NCBI GenBank assembly: GCA_964016885.1 | Contig: CAXHJY010000001.1 | Location: forward strand, 620,001 to 684,000 | Origin: Eledone cirrhosa | Taxonomy: Eukaryota | Direction: 5' to 3' | Length of the DNA stretch: 64,000 nt | Part shown: piece by piece, positions 1 through 12,467 of the stretch | Numbering within the stretch: the first letter of the stretch is position 1 | Layout of the letters: each line of letters starts with the position of its first letter | Notes under the pieces: generated by a model | Told to the model about the DNA's origin: nothing | Seen by the model: only the letters and a program-made list of their open reading frames with translations | Databases searched by the model: none | Program-made: the position numbers and the translations under genes

Positions 1-67
1 ATTTATTATCTTGTATAGTGTTATATGTTGCTATAATTGTCATTGTTCTCATATGTTATACCCACAG

Positions 68-205
68 TGTGTAAAACAGGTAAATTTGGACCCAACTGTA
101 AATACACATGACACTGTGCTGATAACAGCAGGTGTAACAAAGAGACAGGTGTGTGTTCTAGTGGAGGATGTGCTGTTGGTTATGAAGGTAGCAACTGTCA
201 GACAG
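68..205 (+). pseudogene. EGF-module exon A (138 bp) with in-frame TGA replacing a conserved Cys
   Basis: ccacAG acceptor and GTAAGT donor. Translates xCKTGKFGPNCKYT*HCADNSRCNKETGVCSSGGCAVGYEGSNCQT; TGA at 109-111 where paralogs have TGT/TGC. Confidence 0.8.
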
Positions 206-368
206 GTAAGTGGTGTAGTATAGCTTTGTTTCTAACTTAATATATTGGGTTATTACATGGAAGGGAAACATGTATGCTACATGTGTTAGAAGTGACATGA
301 TTTATCGGAGCAAGGAGCTGTCCTTCGACCGCATACTCATGCAGAACATTCCATATTTTTATTTTCAG

Positions 369-523
369 GGTGTAAAACAGGTAAATTTGGACCTAACTGT
401 AAACACACATGTTACTGTACTAACAACAGCAGGTGTAACAAACAGCTAGATGTAACACAGAGACAGGTGTGTGTTCCAGTGAAGTGTGTGGTGATGGTTA
501 TGAAGATAGCAACTGTAAGACAG
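369..523 (+). pseudogene. Degenerate EGF exon B, frameshifted by an internal duplication
   Basis: tttcAG acceptor, then CKTGKFGPNCKHTCYCTNNSRCNK; an extra aacagctagatgtaaca-type segment gives 155 bp instead of 138 and breaks the frame. Confidence 0.75.
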
Positions 524-574
524 GTGTGTTACAGTAGAGGGTGTGGTGCTGGTTATGAAGAAGTGGTACATAGT

Positions 575-1197
575 TTCTGTTACTTGCAGTGGAGGAAGGT
601 GTTCTGAAAGCACAATAGCCAGTGTGAGAATGGGTTGAAGAAAGTTCAGTGAGCTACTAAATCCCCACCCCTCACCCATGCCCCTAAATCTACCTCCTCA
701 ATCCCCATGCAACTGCCCCACTCAAGTCCCCAGTCCACACTGTAAAGTGGTTGTGATAGTGCCACAACGAAAATGCCCAGCCCACACTATAAAGTGGTGA
801 TGTTGGTGACACAAAATGTGCCCAGCCCTCATTGTAAAGTGGTTGTGATAGTGCCACAACAAAAATGCCCAGCCGACACTGTAAAGTGCTTGTGATAGTG
901 CCACAACAAAAAGTGCCCAGCACACACTGTAAAATGGTTGTGATAATGCCACAACAAAAAGTGCTCAGCTCTCATTGTAAAGTGGTCAAGTTGGTGACAC
1001 AACAAAAAGTGCCCTGTCCACACTGTAAAGTGGTTGGCATTTGGAAGGGCATCCAGCCATCAAAACCAATCCCAAATCAGTTCTGCATAAGCAAGACATG
1101 GCCATCTGACCCAACTTTTCTCACAATGGGACAGTATATCTAACCCATGCTAGCATAGAAAATGGACATTATATGGTAATGATGAGGATGATGATTA
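575..1197 (+). mobile_element. Degenerate RTE LINE 3' fragment with ~44-bp tandem repeats in its 3' UTR
   Basis: Resembles the SGGGCSEST..RVRTGWKKFREL-coding segment and 3' UTR (cacactgtaaagtgg, ggaagggcatccagc, GAT tail) of the RTE at 42834-46266. Confidence 0.6.
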
Positions 1198-1257
1198 TCT
1201 TGTATAGTGTTATATGTTGTTGTTGTTGTCATTGTTCTCATATTTTTATTTCCACAG

Positions 1258-1394
1258 TCTGTAGAAATGGTATATTTGGAGCCAATGTGGCAACACATGC
1301 CACTGTGTTGACAACAGTAAATATAACAAACAGACAGGTGTGTGTTCTAGTGGAGGATGTACTGCTGGTTATGAAGGTAGCAACTGTCAGACAG
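1258..1394 (+). pseudogene. EGF exon C, 137 bp (1-bp deletion plus Cys>Tyr)
   Basis: AG and GTAAGT intact, but gccaa-tgtggc lacks one base relative to exons D/E (gccaactgtggc), and AAATGT has become AAATAT. Confidence 0.8.
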
Positions 1395-1442
1395 GTAAGT
1401 GGTGTAGTATAGCTTTGTTTATAACTTAATATAGTGGGTCAA

Positions 1443-1654
1443 GACAACAGCAGGTGTAACATACAGAGAGGTGTAACAAACAGCGAGATGTAACACAGCG
1501 ACAGGTGTGTGTTCCAATGAAGTGTGTTGTGTAGTATAGCTTAGTCTGTAGCTTAATATATTGAAACAAAACAACATCAGGTGTAACATAGAGACAGGTG
1601 TATGTTCTAGTGGAGGATGTGCTGCTGGTTATGAAGGTAGCAACTGTCAGAGAG
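1443..1654 (+). pseudogene. Two partial EGF-exon relics (3' halves)
   Basis: acaacagcaggtgtaac...gacaggtgtgtgttc pieces; the second ends tgtcagagag|GTAAGT with no 5' half or acceptor. Confidence 0.7.
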
Positions 1655-1681
1655 GTAAGTAGTATAGTAATTAAACTTCCT

Positions 1682-3178
1682 ATTACCATATTTCTAATGA
1701 AAGACACTGTATATGTCATTAACCCTTTCATTACCATATTTCTAATGAAAGACACTGTCTATGTCATTAACCCTTTCATTACCATATTTCTAATGAAGGA
1801 CACTGTATATGTCATTAACCCTTTCATTACCATATTTCTAATGAAGGACACTGTATATGTCATTAACCCCTTCATTACCATATTTCTAATGAAAGACACT
1901 CTATGTCATTAACCCTTTCATTACCATATTTCTAATGAAAGACACTGTCTATGTCATTAACCCTTTCATTACCATATTTCTAATGAAGGACACTGTATAT
2001 GTCATTAACCCTTTCATTACCATATTTCTAATGAAAGATACTGTATATGTCATTAACCATTTCATTACCATATTTCTAATGAAAGACACTCTCTGTCATT
2101 AACACTTTCATTACCATATTTCTAATGAAAGACACTCTATGTCATTAACCCTTTCATTACCATATTTCTAATGAAAGACACTGTCTATGTCATTAACCCT
2201 TTCATTACCATATTTTTAATGAAGGACACTGTATATGTCATTAACCCTTTCATTACCATATTTCTAATGAAAGACACTGTCTATGTCATTAACCCTTTCA
2301 TTACCATATTTCTAAAGAAAGACACTGCCTATGTCATTAACCCTTTCATTACCATATATCTAATGAAAGACACTGTCTATGTCATTAACCCTTTCATTAC
2401 CATATTTCTAATGAAAGACACTGTATATGTCATTAACCCTTTCATTACCATATTTCTAATGAAAGCCACTGTCTATGTCATTAACCCTTTCATTACCATA
2501 TTTCTAATGAAAGACACTGTCTATGTCATTAACCCTTTCATTACCATATTTCTAATGAAAGACACTGTCTATATCATTAACCCTTTCATTACCATATATC
2601 TAATGAAAGACACTGTCTATGTCATTAACCCTTTCATTACAATATTTCTAATGAAGGACACTGTATATGTCATTAACCCTTTCATTACCATATTTCTAAT
2701 GAAAGACACTCTATGTCATTAACCCTTTCATTACCATATATCTAATGAAGGACACTGTATATGTCATTAACCCTTTCATTACCATATTTCTAATGAAAGA
2801 CACTCTATGTCATTAACCCTTTCATTACCATATTTCTAATGAAAGACACTGTCTATGTCATTAACCCTTTCATTACCATATTTCTAATGAAGGACACTGT
2901 ATATGTCATTAACCCTTTCATTACCATATTTCTAATGAAAGACACTGTCTATGTCATTAACCCTTTCATTACCATATTTCTAATGAAAGACACTGTCTAT
3001 GTCATTAACCCTTTCATTACCATATTTCTAATGAAAGACACTGTCTATGTCATTAACCCTTTCATTACCATATTTCTAATGAAAGGCACTGTCTATGTCA
3101 TTAACCCTTTCATTACCATATTTCTAATGAAAGACACTACCTATGTCATTAACCCTTTCATTACCATTTTTCTAATAA
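1682..3178. repeat. 48-bp tandem satellite, array 1 (~31 units)
   Basis: Unit ttaaccctttcattaccatatttctaatgaaagacactgtctatgtca, with occasional 46-bp variants. Confidence 0.95.
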
Positions 3179-3526
3179 GGTAAGTGATGTAGCATAACTT
3201 TGTTGTAGCATAATATATTGAAACAAAACAACAGCAGGTGTAACTTAGAGACAGGTGTGTGTTCTTATTGAAAGTTTGACATCGCAACTCATTTTTATAG
3301 CTGAGTATCTTGAGCAACATGAAATAAAGTGACTTGTTCAAGAACACAAAACACAGCAAGATTCAGGCATCGAACTCACAACTTTATGATTGTAAGCCTG
3401 ACGCTCTTACCACTAATCCTTGTGCCTTCAATAGATATAATATAGAGGAATAGATATAATATAGGTTGTAGGGATATAGTACAGATGATATAGATATAAA
3501 ATAGTTGATATCACTATAGTATAGAT

Positions 3527-5283
3527 TAGGGGTCATCAAATCCCTGGCCACATCTGGCCTGCCGACAGGTTTTAATCTTAGACTAAGCGATCCCCTTAAA
3601 AATTGTTCCGAATTATTTGGGATTAAAATACCAACTAGAGAACACGTCTAACCACAAGACTCACTTAACTGAACGTAATGTTTTAATGTGACAGTAAGAA
3701 ACAATCAAACTCAGAGAGATAGAATAGTCAGACATCGAGGTCAAAGGGACTATGTGTGTGTATTCGTGTATATATGTACATACATAGTATCTGTATGGCA
3801 GGGATGTGAAATGACCCAGACTTACCTAAAAAAGTCAGTATGTCTGACATAGTTATTTCATTTCATCCTCAAAATTGTTCATTTTAGTTAACTGTCTGGT
3901 AGTAAAACATCTGTAAGGGACTGTATTTGATAATAATCAATGTTTATTTATTTTTCTATGTTAAAAGTGTTCAGTATTATTAGAAGTAAATATGTTCAAT
4001 GAACAAATGGCAACCCTGGTTTAAATACACTGCCAGGTGTCATGACTTTGTCAGAGTTTATTAAAAATGTCAGAGTATTTTATTATATTACTGCATTCTT
4101 TTTACATATGTTCTCATTACTTATTTGATATCATGGCCTGCTGACGAGACACTACATAGCTATGTGACTTGCTGACGAGACACTACATAGCAATGTGGCT
4201 TGCCGACGAGACACTACATAGCAATGTGGCCTGCTGGTGAGACACTCCATAGCTATGTGGCCTGCTGACAAGACACTACATAGCTATGTGGTCTGCTGAG
4301 GAGACACTACATAGCAATGTGGCCTGCTGGTGAGACACTGTATAGCTATGTGGCCTGCTGACCAGACACTACATAGCTATGTGGCCTGCTGGTGAGACAC
4401 TGCATAGCTATGTGGCCTGCTGCTGAAACACTGCATCGCTATGTGGCCTGCTGACAAGACACTGTATAGCAATGTGGCCTGCTGGTGAGACACTCCATAG
4501 CTATGTGGCCTGCTGGTGAGACACTGCATAGCTATGTGACCTGCTGACAAGACACTCCATAGCTATGTGGCCTGCTGACAAGACACTGCATAGCTATGTG
4601 GCCTGCTGCTGAAACACTGCATCGCTATGTGGCCTGCTGACAAGACACTGTATAGCAATGTGGCCTGCTGGTGAGACACTCCATAGCTATGTGGCCTGCT
4701 GACAAGACACTGTATAGCTATGTGGCCTGCTGACAAGACACTGTATAGCAATGTGGCCTGCTGACAAGACACTCCATCGCTATGTGGCCTGCTGAAAAGA
4801 CACTGCATAGCTACGTGGCCTGCTGGTGAGACACTCCATAGCTATGTGGCCTGCTGACAAGACACTGTATAGCAATGTGGCCTGCTGACAAGACACTCCA
4901 TAGCTATGTGGCCTGCTGACAAGACACTGTATAGCAATGTGGCCTGCTGACAAGACACTCCATAGCTATGTGGCCTGCTGACAAGACACTGTATAGCTAT
5001 GTGGCCTGCTGGTGAGACACTCCATAGCTATGTGGCCTGCTGACAAGACACTGTATAGCAATGTGGCCTGCTGACAAGACACTCCATAGCAATGTGGCCT
5101 GCTGACAAGACACTACATAGCTATGTGGCCTGCTGACAAGACACTGTATAGCAATGTGAGCAACTGACAAGACACTTCTCAACAATGTGGCCTGCCAGTG
5201 AGACACTGCATAGCAATGTGGCCTGCCTGTGTGACACTCCATAGCAATGTGGCCCGCACACCCCAAAAGGATGCCGACCTCTG
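3527..5283. mobile_element. Non-autonomous hAT (Charlie-like) element, copy 1, containing a 31-bp satellite
   Basis: Perfect 8-bp TSD GTATAGAT at 3519-3526 and 5284-5291; imperfect TIRs TAGGGGTC / GACCTCTG; ggccacat/atgtggcc subterminal motifs. Confidence 0.8.
4133..5255. repeat. 31-bp tandem satellite, array 1
   Basis: Unit atgtggcctgctgacaagacactgtatagc(t/a). Confidence 0.95.
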
Positions 5284-5391
5284 GTATAGATGACAACACT
5301 ATAATATATATGATATAATATTGTGATATTTATTATCTTGTATAGTGTAAATGTTGTTATAATTGTCATTGTTCTCATATTTTATTTCCAG

Positions 5392-5529
5392 TCTGTAAAT
5401 CAGGTAAATTTGGAGCCAACTGTGGCAACACATGTCACTGTGCTGACAACAGTAAATGTAACAAACAGACAGGTGTGTGTTCTAGTGGAGGATGTGCTGC
5501 TGGTTATGAAGGTAGCAACTGTCAGAGAG
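5392..5529 (+). CDS. EGF exon D: open frame but donor mutated (GT>TT)
   Basis: VCKSGKFGANCGNTCHCADNSKCNKQTGVCSSGGCAAGYEGSNCQR; matches exon E except the last codon; followed by TTAAGT instead of GTAAGT. Confidence 0.55.
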
Positions 5530-5557
5530 TTAAGTAGTATAGTAATTAAACTTTCTA

Positions 5558-6630
5558 TTACCATATATCTAATGAAAGACACTGTATATGTCATTAACCC
5601 TTTCATTACCATATATCTAATGAAAGACACTGTATATGTCATTAACCCTTTAATTACCATATTTCCAATGAAAGACACTGTCTATGTCATTAACCCTTTC
5701 ATTACCATATTTCTAATGAAAGACACTGTCTATGTCATTAACCCTTTCATTACAATATTTCTAATGAAAGACACTACCTATATCATTAACCCTTTCATTA
5801 CCATATTTCTAGTGAAAGACACTGTCTATGTCATTAACCCTTTCATTACCATATTTCTAATGAAAGACACTGTATATGTCATTAACCCTTTCATTACAAT
5901 ATTTCTAATGAAAGACACTACCTATATCATTAACCCTTTCATTACCATATTTCTAGTGAAAGACACTGTCTATGTCATTAACCCTTTCATTACCATATTT
6001 CTACTGAAAGACACTGTCAATATCATTAACCCTTTCATTACCATATTTCTAGTGAAAGACACTGTCTATGTCATTAACCCCTTCATTACCATATTTCTAA
6101 TGAAAGACACTGTCTATGTCATTAACCCTTTCATTACAATATTTCTAATGAAAGACACTACCTATATCATTAACCCTTTCATTACCATATTTCTAGTGAA
6201 AGACACTGTCTATGTCATTAACCCTTTCATTACCATATTTCTACTGAAAGACACTGTCTATGTCATTAACCCTTTCATTACCATATTTCTAATGAAGGAC
6301 ACTGTCTATGTCATTAACCCTTTCATTACCATATTTCTAATGAAGGACACTGTCTATGTCATTAACCCTTTCATTACCCTATTTCTAATGAAAGACACTG
6401 TATATGTCATTAACCCTTTAATTACCATATTTCCAATGAAAGACACTGTCTATGTCATTAACCCCTTCATTATTATATTTCTAATTAAAGACACTACCTA
6501 TGTTATTAACCCCTTCATTACTCTATTTCTAATGAAAGACACTGTCTATGTCATTAACCCTTTCATTACCATATTTCTAATGAAAGACACTGTCTATGTC
6601 ATTAACCCTTTCATTACCATATTTCTAATA
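5558..6630. repeat. 48-bp satellite, array 2 (~22 units)
   Basis: Same unit as 1682-3178. Confidence 0.95.
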
Positions 6631-6996
6631 AGGTAAGTGATGTAGCATAACTTTGTTGTAGCATAATATATTGAAACAAAACAACAGCAGGTGTAACTTA
6701 GAGACAGGTGTGTGTTCCTATTGAAAGTGTGACATCACAACTCATTTCTATAGCTGAGTATCTTGAGCAACATGAAATAAAGTGACTTGTTCAAGAACAC
6801 AAAACACAGCAAGATTCAGGCATCGAACTCACAACTTTATGATTGTAAGCCTGACGCTCTTACCACTAATCCTTGCGCCTTCAATAGATATAATATAGAG
6901 GAATAGATATAGTACAGCTATAGATATAATATAGGTTGTAGGGATATAGTACAGATGATATAGATATAAAATAGTTGATATCACTATAGTATAGAT

Positions 6997-9900
6997 TAGG
7001 GGTCATTAAATCCCTGGCCCGTGGGAACATCTAGCCCGCGGGCCACATCTGGCCTGCCGACAGGTTTCAATCTTAGACTAAGCGATCCCTGAAAAAGTGT
7101 TCTGAATTATTTGGGATTAAAATACCAACTAGAGAACACGTCTAACCTCAAGACTCACTTAACTGAACGTAATGTTTTAATGTGACAGTAAGAAACAATC
7201 AAACTCAGAGAGATAGAATAGTCAGACATCGAGGTCAAAGGGACTGTGTGTGTGTATTCGTGTATATATGTACATACATAGTATCTGTATGGCAGGGATG
7301 TGAAATGACCCCGACTTACCTAAAAAAGTCAGTATGTCTGACATAGTTATTTCATTTCATCCTCAAAATTGTTCATTTTAGTTAACTGTCTGGTAGTAAA
7401 ACATCTGTAAGGGACTGTATTTGATAATAATCAATGTTTATTTATTTTTCTATGTTAAAAGTGTTCAGTATTATTAGAAGTAAATATGTTCAATGAACAA
7501 ATGGCAACCGTGGTTTAAATACACTGCCAGGTGTCATGGCTTTGTCAGAGTTTATTAAAATTGTCAGAGTATTTTATTATATTACTGCATTCATTTTTAC
7601 ATATGTTCTCATTACTTATTTGATATCATGGCCTGCTGACGAGACACTGCATAGCTATGTGGCCTGCTGACGAGACACTGCATAGCTATGTGGCCTGCTG
7701 ACAAGACACTACATAGCTATGTGGCCTGCTGGTGAGACACTACATAACAACGTGGCCTGCTGGTGAGACACTGCATAGCTATGTGGCCTGCTGGTGAGAC
7801 ACTACATAGCTATGTGGCCTGCTGGTGAAACACTCCATAGCTATGTGGCCTGCTGACAAGACACTACATAGCTATGTGGCCTGCTGGTGAGACACTACAT
7901 AGCTATGTCGCCTGCTGGTGAGACACTCCATAGCTATGTGGCCTGCTGGAGAGACACTGCATAGCTATGTGGCCTGCTGGTGAGACATTACATAGCAATG
8001 TGGCCTGCTGGTGAGACACTACATAGCAATGTGGCCTGCTGGTGAGACATTACATAGCTATGTGGCCTGCTGCTGAGACACTACATAGCTATGTGGCCTG
8101 CTGACGAGACACTCCATAGCAATGTGGCCTGCTGGTGAGACATTACATAGCAATGTGGCCTGCTGACGAGACACTACATAGCTATGTGGCCTGCTGGTGA
8201 GACACTCCATAGCTATGTGGCCTGCTGGTGAGACACTGCATAGCTATGTGGCCTGCTGGTGAGACATTACATAGCAATGTGGCCTGCTGGTGAGACACTA
8301 CATAGCAATGTGGCCTGCTGGTGAGACATTACATAGCTATGTGGCCTGCTGCTGAGACACTACATAGCTATGTGGCCTGCTGACGAGACACTCCATAGCA
8401 ATGTGGCCTGCTGGTGAGACATTACATAGCAATGTGGCCTGCTGACGAGACACTACATAGCTATGTGGCCTGCTGGTGAGACACTGCATAGCTATGTGGC
8501 CTGCTGGTGAGACATTACATAGCAATGTGGCCTGCTGGTGAGACACTACATAGCAATGTGGCCTGCTGGTGAGACATTACATAGCTATGTGGCCTGCTGC
8601 TGAGACACTACATAGCTATGTGGCCTGCTGACGAGACACTCCATAGCAATGTGGCCTGCTGGTGAGACATTACATAGCAATGTGGCCTGCTGACGAGACA
8701 CTACATAGCTATGTGGCCTGCTGGTGAGACACTCCATAGCTATGTGGCCTGCTGGTGAGACACTACATAGCAATGTGGCCTGCTGGTGAGACATTACATA
8801 GCAATGTGGCCTGCTGACGAGACACTACATAGAAATGTGGCCTGCTGGTGAGACACTCCATAGCTATGTGGCCTGCCGACAAGACACTACATAGCAATGT
8901 GGCCTGCTGGTGAGACACTACATAGCAATGTGGCCTGCTGACGAGACACTACATAGCTATGTGGCCTGCTGGTGAGACACTCCATAGCTATGTGGCCTGC
9001 TGGTGAGACATTACATAGCAATGTGGCCTGCTGACAAGACACTCCATAGCTATGTGGCCTGCTGACAAGACACTGTATAGCAATGTGGCCTGCTGACAAG
9101 ACACTCCATAGCTATGTGGCCTGCTGCTGAGACACTACATAGCAATGTGGCCTGCTGGTGAGACATTACATAGCTATGTGGCCTGCTGATGAGACACTAC
9201 ATAGCTATGTGGCCTGCTGACGAGACACTCCATAGCAATGTGGCCTGCTGACAAGACACTCCATAGCTATGTGGCCTGCTGGTGAGACACTACATAGCAA
9301 TGTGGCCTGCTGGTGAGACATTACATAGCAATGTGGCCTGCTGACGAGACACTACATAACTATGTGGCCTGCTGGTGAGACACTCCATAGCTATGTGGCC
9401 TGCTGGTGAGACACTACATAACAATGTGGCCTGCCAACGAGACACTCCATAGCAATGTGGCCTGCTGGTGAGACACTCCATAGCTATGTGGCCTGCTGAC
9501 AAGACACTGTATAGCAATGTGGCCTGCTGACGAGACACTCCATAGCAATGTGGCCTGCTGATAAGACACTACATAGCTATGTGGCCTGCTGACAAGACAC
9601 TGTATAGCTATGTGGCCTGCTGACAAGACACTGTATAGCAATGTGGCCTGCTGACAAGACACTCCATAGCAATGTGGCCTGCTGACAAGGCACTACATAG
9701 CTATGTGGCCTGCTGACAAGACACTGTATAGCTATGTGGCCTGCTGACGAGACACTCCATAGCAATGTGGCCTGCTGATAAGACACTACATAGCTATGTG
9801 GCCTGCTGACAAGACACTCCATAGCAATGTGGCCTGCTGACAAGACACTCCATAGCAATGTGGCCTGCTGACAAGACACTCCATAGCAATGTGGCCTGCT

Positions 9901-10142
9901 GACAAGACACTACATAGCTATGTGGCCTGCTGACAAGACACTCCATAGCAATGTGGCCTGCTGGTGAGACACTCCATAGCTATGTGGCCTGCTGACATGA
10001 CACTGTATAGCAATGTGAGCAACTGACAAGACACTTCGTAACAATGTGGCCTGCCAGTGAGACACTGCATAGAAATGTGGCCTGCCTGTGTGACACTGCA
10101 TAGAAATGTGTCCCGCACACCCCAAAAGGATGCCGACCTCTG
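6997..10142. mobile_element. Non-autonomous hAT element, copy 2 (duplicated with the host segment)
   Basis: Same GTATAGAT TSD (6989-6996, 10143-10150) and same flanks as copy 1. Confidence 0.8.
7628..10115. repeat. 31-bp satellite, array 2 (~80 units)
   Basis: Same unit as 4133-5255, more than twice as long. Confidence 0.95.
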
Positions 10143-10250
10143 GTATAGATGACAACACTATAATATAGATGATATAATATTGTGATATTTATTATCTTGT
10201 ATAGTGTAAATGTTGTTATAATTGTCATTGTTCTCATATTTTATTTCCAG

Positions 10251-10388
10251 TCTGTAAATCAGGTAAATTTGGAGCCAACTGTGGCAACACATGTCACTGT
10301 GCTGACAACAGTAAATGTAACAAACAGACAGGTGTGTGTTCTAGTGGAGGATGTGCTGCTGGTTATGAAGGTAGCAACTGTCAGACAG
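10251..10388 (+). CDS. EGF exon E (intact)
   Basis: tttccAG / GTATAT; VCKSGKFGANCGNTCHCADNSKCNKQTGVCSSGGCAAGYEGSNCQT, 8 Cys, 138 bp. Confidence 0.8.
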
Positions 10389-10400
10389 GTATATGTAGTA

Positions 10401-11362
10401 ATTAACCCTTTCATTACCATATTTCTAATGAAAGACACTGTCTATGTCATTAACCCCTTCATTACCATATTTCTAATGAAAGACACTGTCTATGTCATTA
10501 ACCCTTTCATTACCATATTTCTACTTAAAGACACTGTCTATGTCATTAACCCTTTCGTTACCATATTTCTAATGAAAGACACTGTCTATGTCAGAGGAGA
10601 GGAACCTTTTTACCATTAGAGGCCACATTTAAATTAGGCAGTAATAAAGGAGGCCGCATAAGTTGATATACCTATGAATGCGACTTTTGTGAAATTATTA
10701 TAGTTTTTGTATAGTTTTATAGTCATTTATTATTTAACATAAAAAGTTACAACATAAAATATTTTTGTATTCACATAATTATAAAGAAATACAATAGAAA
10801 AATAATAATATTAAGTTAAAAAAACTAATATAGCAAAAATACGTAAAATAATTTTAAAATCCGATGGAAAATTCAAGTTAGTCGGATATTTGCATTTGTT
10901 TCTTGCTTGAAAGTAATTGAATATTTGGATTAAGGTTTAATGACATAGACTCTATGTCATTAAACCTTTCATTACCAAGTTTCTACTTAAAGACACTGTC
11001 TATGTCATTAATCCTTTCATTACCATATTTCTACTTAAAGACACTGTCTATGTCATTAATCCTTTCGTTACATATTTCTACTTAAAGACACTGTCTATAT
11101 CATTAACCCTTAGATTACCATATTTCTACTTAAAGACACTGTCTATGTCATTAATCCTTTCATTACCATATATCTACTTAAAGACACTGTCAATATCATT
11201 AACCCTTTCGTTACATATTTCTACTTAAAGACACTGTCTATGTCATTAACCCTTTCATTACATATTTCTACTTAAAGACACTGTCTATATCATTAACCAT
11301 TTCATTACCATATTTCTACTTAAAGACACTGTCTATGTCATTAATCCTTTCATTACCATATT
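10401..11362. repeat. 48-bp satellite, array 3, interrupted by a hAT-like fragment (10592-10930)
   Basis: Same unit. The interruption starts CAGAGGAGAGGAACCTTTT...ggccacat, resembling a hAT terminus. Confidence 0.85.
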
Positions 11363-11580
11363 ACTAAAGAAATATATTGCATACGATTTTAAAAAAATGT
11401 TTATATAATGAAGAATTTGAAGGGCTATAGTTATATAACTGAGATTTTGATCACTAATATTTTGGATGGAACATAACCTAACAAAAGTTCTCACATAATA
11501 CTATAGTGGGAGGTTTTTAGATAAATATATAGAGTAAAACAGTTAATCGGTGTCAGGTATTTTGATATCAAAAAGGTTAA
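11341..11580. mobile_element. TTAA-flanked MITE (piggyBac-like ends)
   Basis: Starts TTAATCCTTTCATTACCA (last satellite unit) and ends TGATATCAAAAAGGTTAA, an imperfect inverted copy. Confidence 0.55.
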
Positions 11581-11641
11581 TAATTCTAAATATTATATCT
11601 TGAAATTGTTCAAACTGTTTACATTACATTTTATATTACAG

Positions 11642-11779
11642 CCTGTGACATTGGTAAATTTGGAGCTAACTGTAAACACACATGCCACTGTGCTGATAAT
11701 AACAGGTGTAACAAACAGACAGGTGTGTGTTCTAGTGGAGGATGTACTGCTGGTTATGAAGGTAGCAACTGTCAGACAG
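11642..11779 (+). CDS. EGF exon F (intact)
   Basis: ttacAG / GTAAGT; ACDIGKFGANCKHTCHCADNNRCNKQTGVCSSGGCTAGYEGSNCQT. Confidence 0.85.
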
Positions 11780-12467
11780 GTAAGTGGTGTAGTATAGCTT
11801 TGTTTCTAACATGATATATTGAGTCAAGATGACAGTAGGTTTAACACACAGCTAGGTGTAACACAGAGACAGGTGTGTGTTTTAGTGGAGGGTGTAGTGC
11901 TGGTTATGAAGGTAACACCTGTGAGACAGGTAGATTTAAACTGTTTTGGAGCTACAATCATCATCATCGTCATTTTACGTCTGCTTTTCCCTGCTTACAA
12001 GGGTGGGACGGAAACTGATTCTGGCTTGATTTCTACAGCTGGATGCCCTTCCTAACACCAACCTCATTTACAGTGAATATTGGGTGTTTTTTTGCCGTGG
12101 CACCTCCAGGACCACTTTGCAGTGGAATGATATGGACCCCAGTCCCTATCATCTCATTTCTACAGCTGAGTAAACTGGAGCAATGTGAAATAAAGTGTCT
12201 TGCTCAAGGAAACAACACATCACCCGGTCTGAGAATTGAACTCACAACCTTTCGATTGCAAGGCCAATGCTCTAACTACTAAGCTATGTGCTTACAATAT
12301 AAAGGGGATATCATGGCCTCATGAATATATAGTATAACATTGGTATGGAGTGTAGAGAATCGGCAAGTATATAGACATAATATCGATGTTACGGAAATCA
12401 TATAGATTGTATAGATATAGTATGGATTATATATAGTTTAGGTCATACCACTGGAGTATAAAATAAT

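Noticed and set aside
1598-6636. MKDTVYVINPFITIFL-repeat ORFs (up to 437 aa)
   Set aside because: Translation of a 48-bp satellite whose length is a multiple of 3; 46-bp units break the frame, and the ORFs cross the EGF exons in the wrong frame.
4133-10115. 31-bp repeats as a CRISPR-like array
   Set aside because: Units are contiguous with no unique spacers, there are no cas genes, and the context is eukaryotic.
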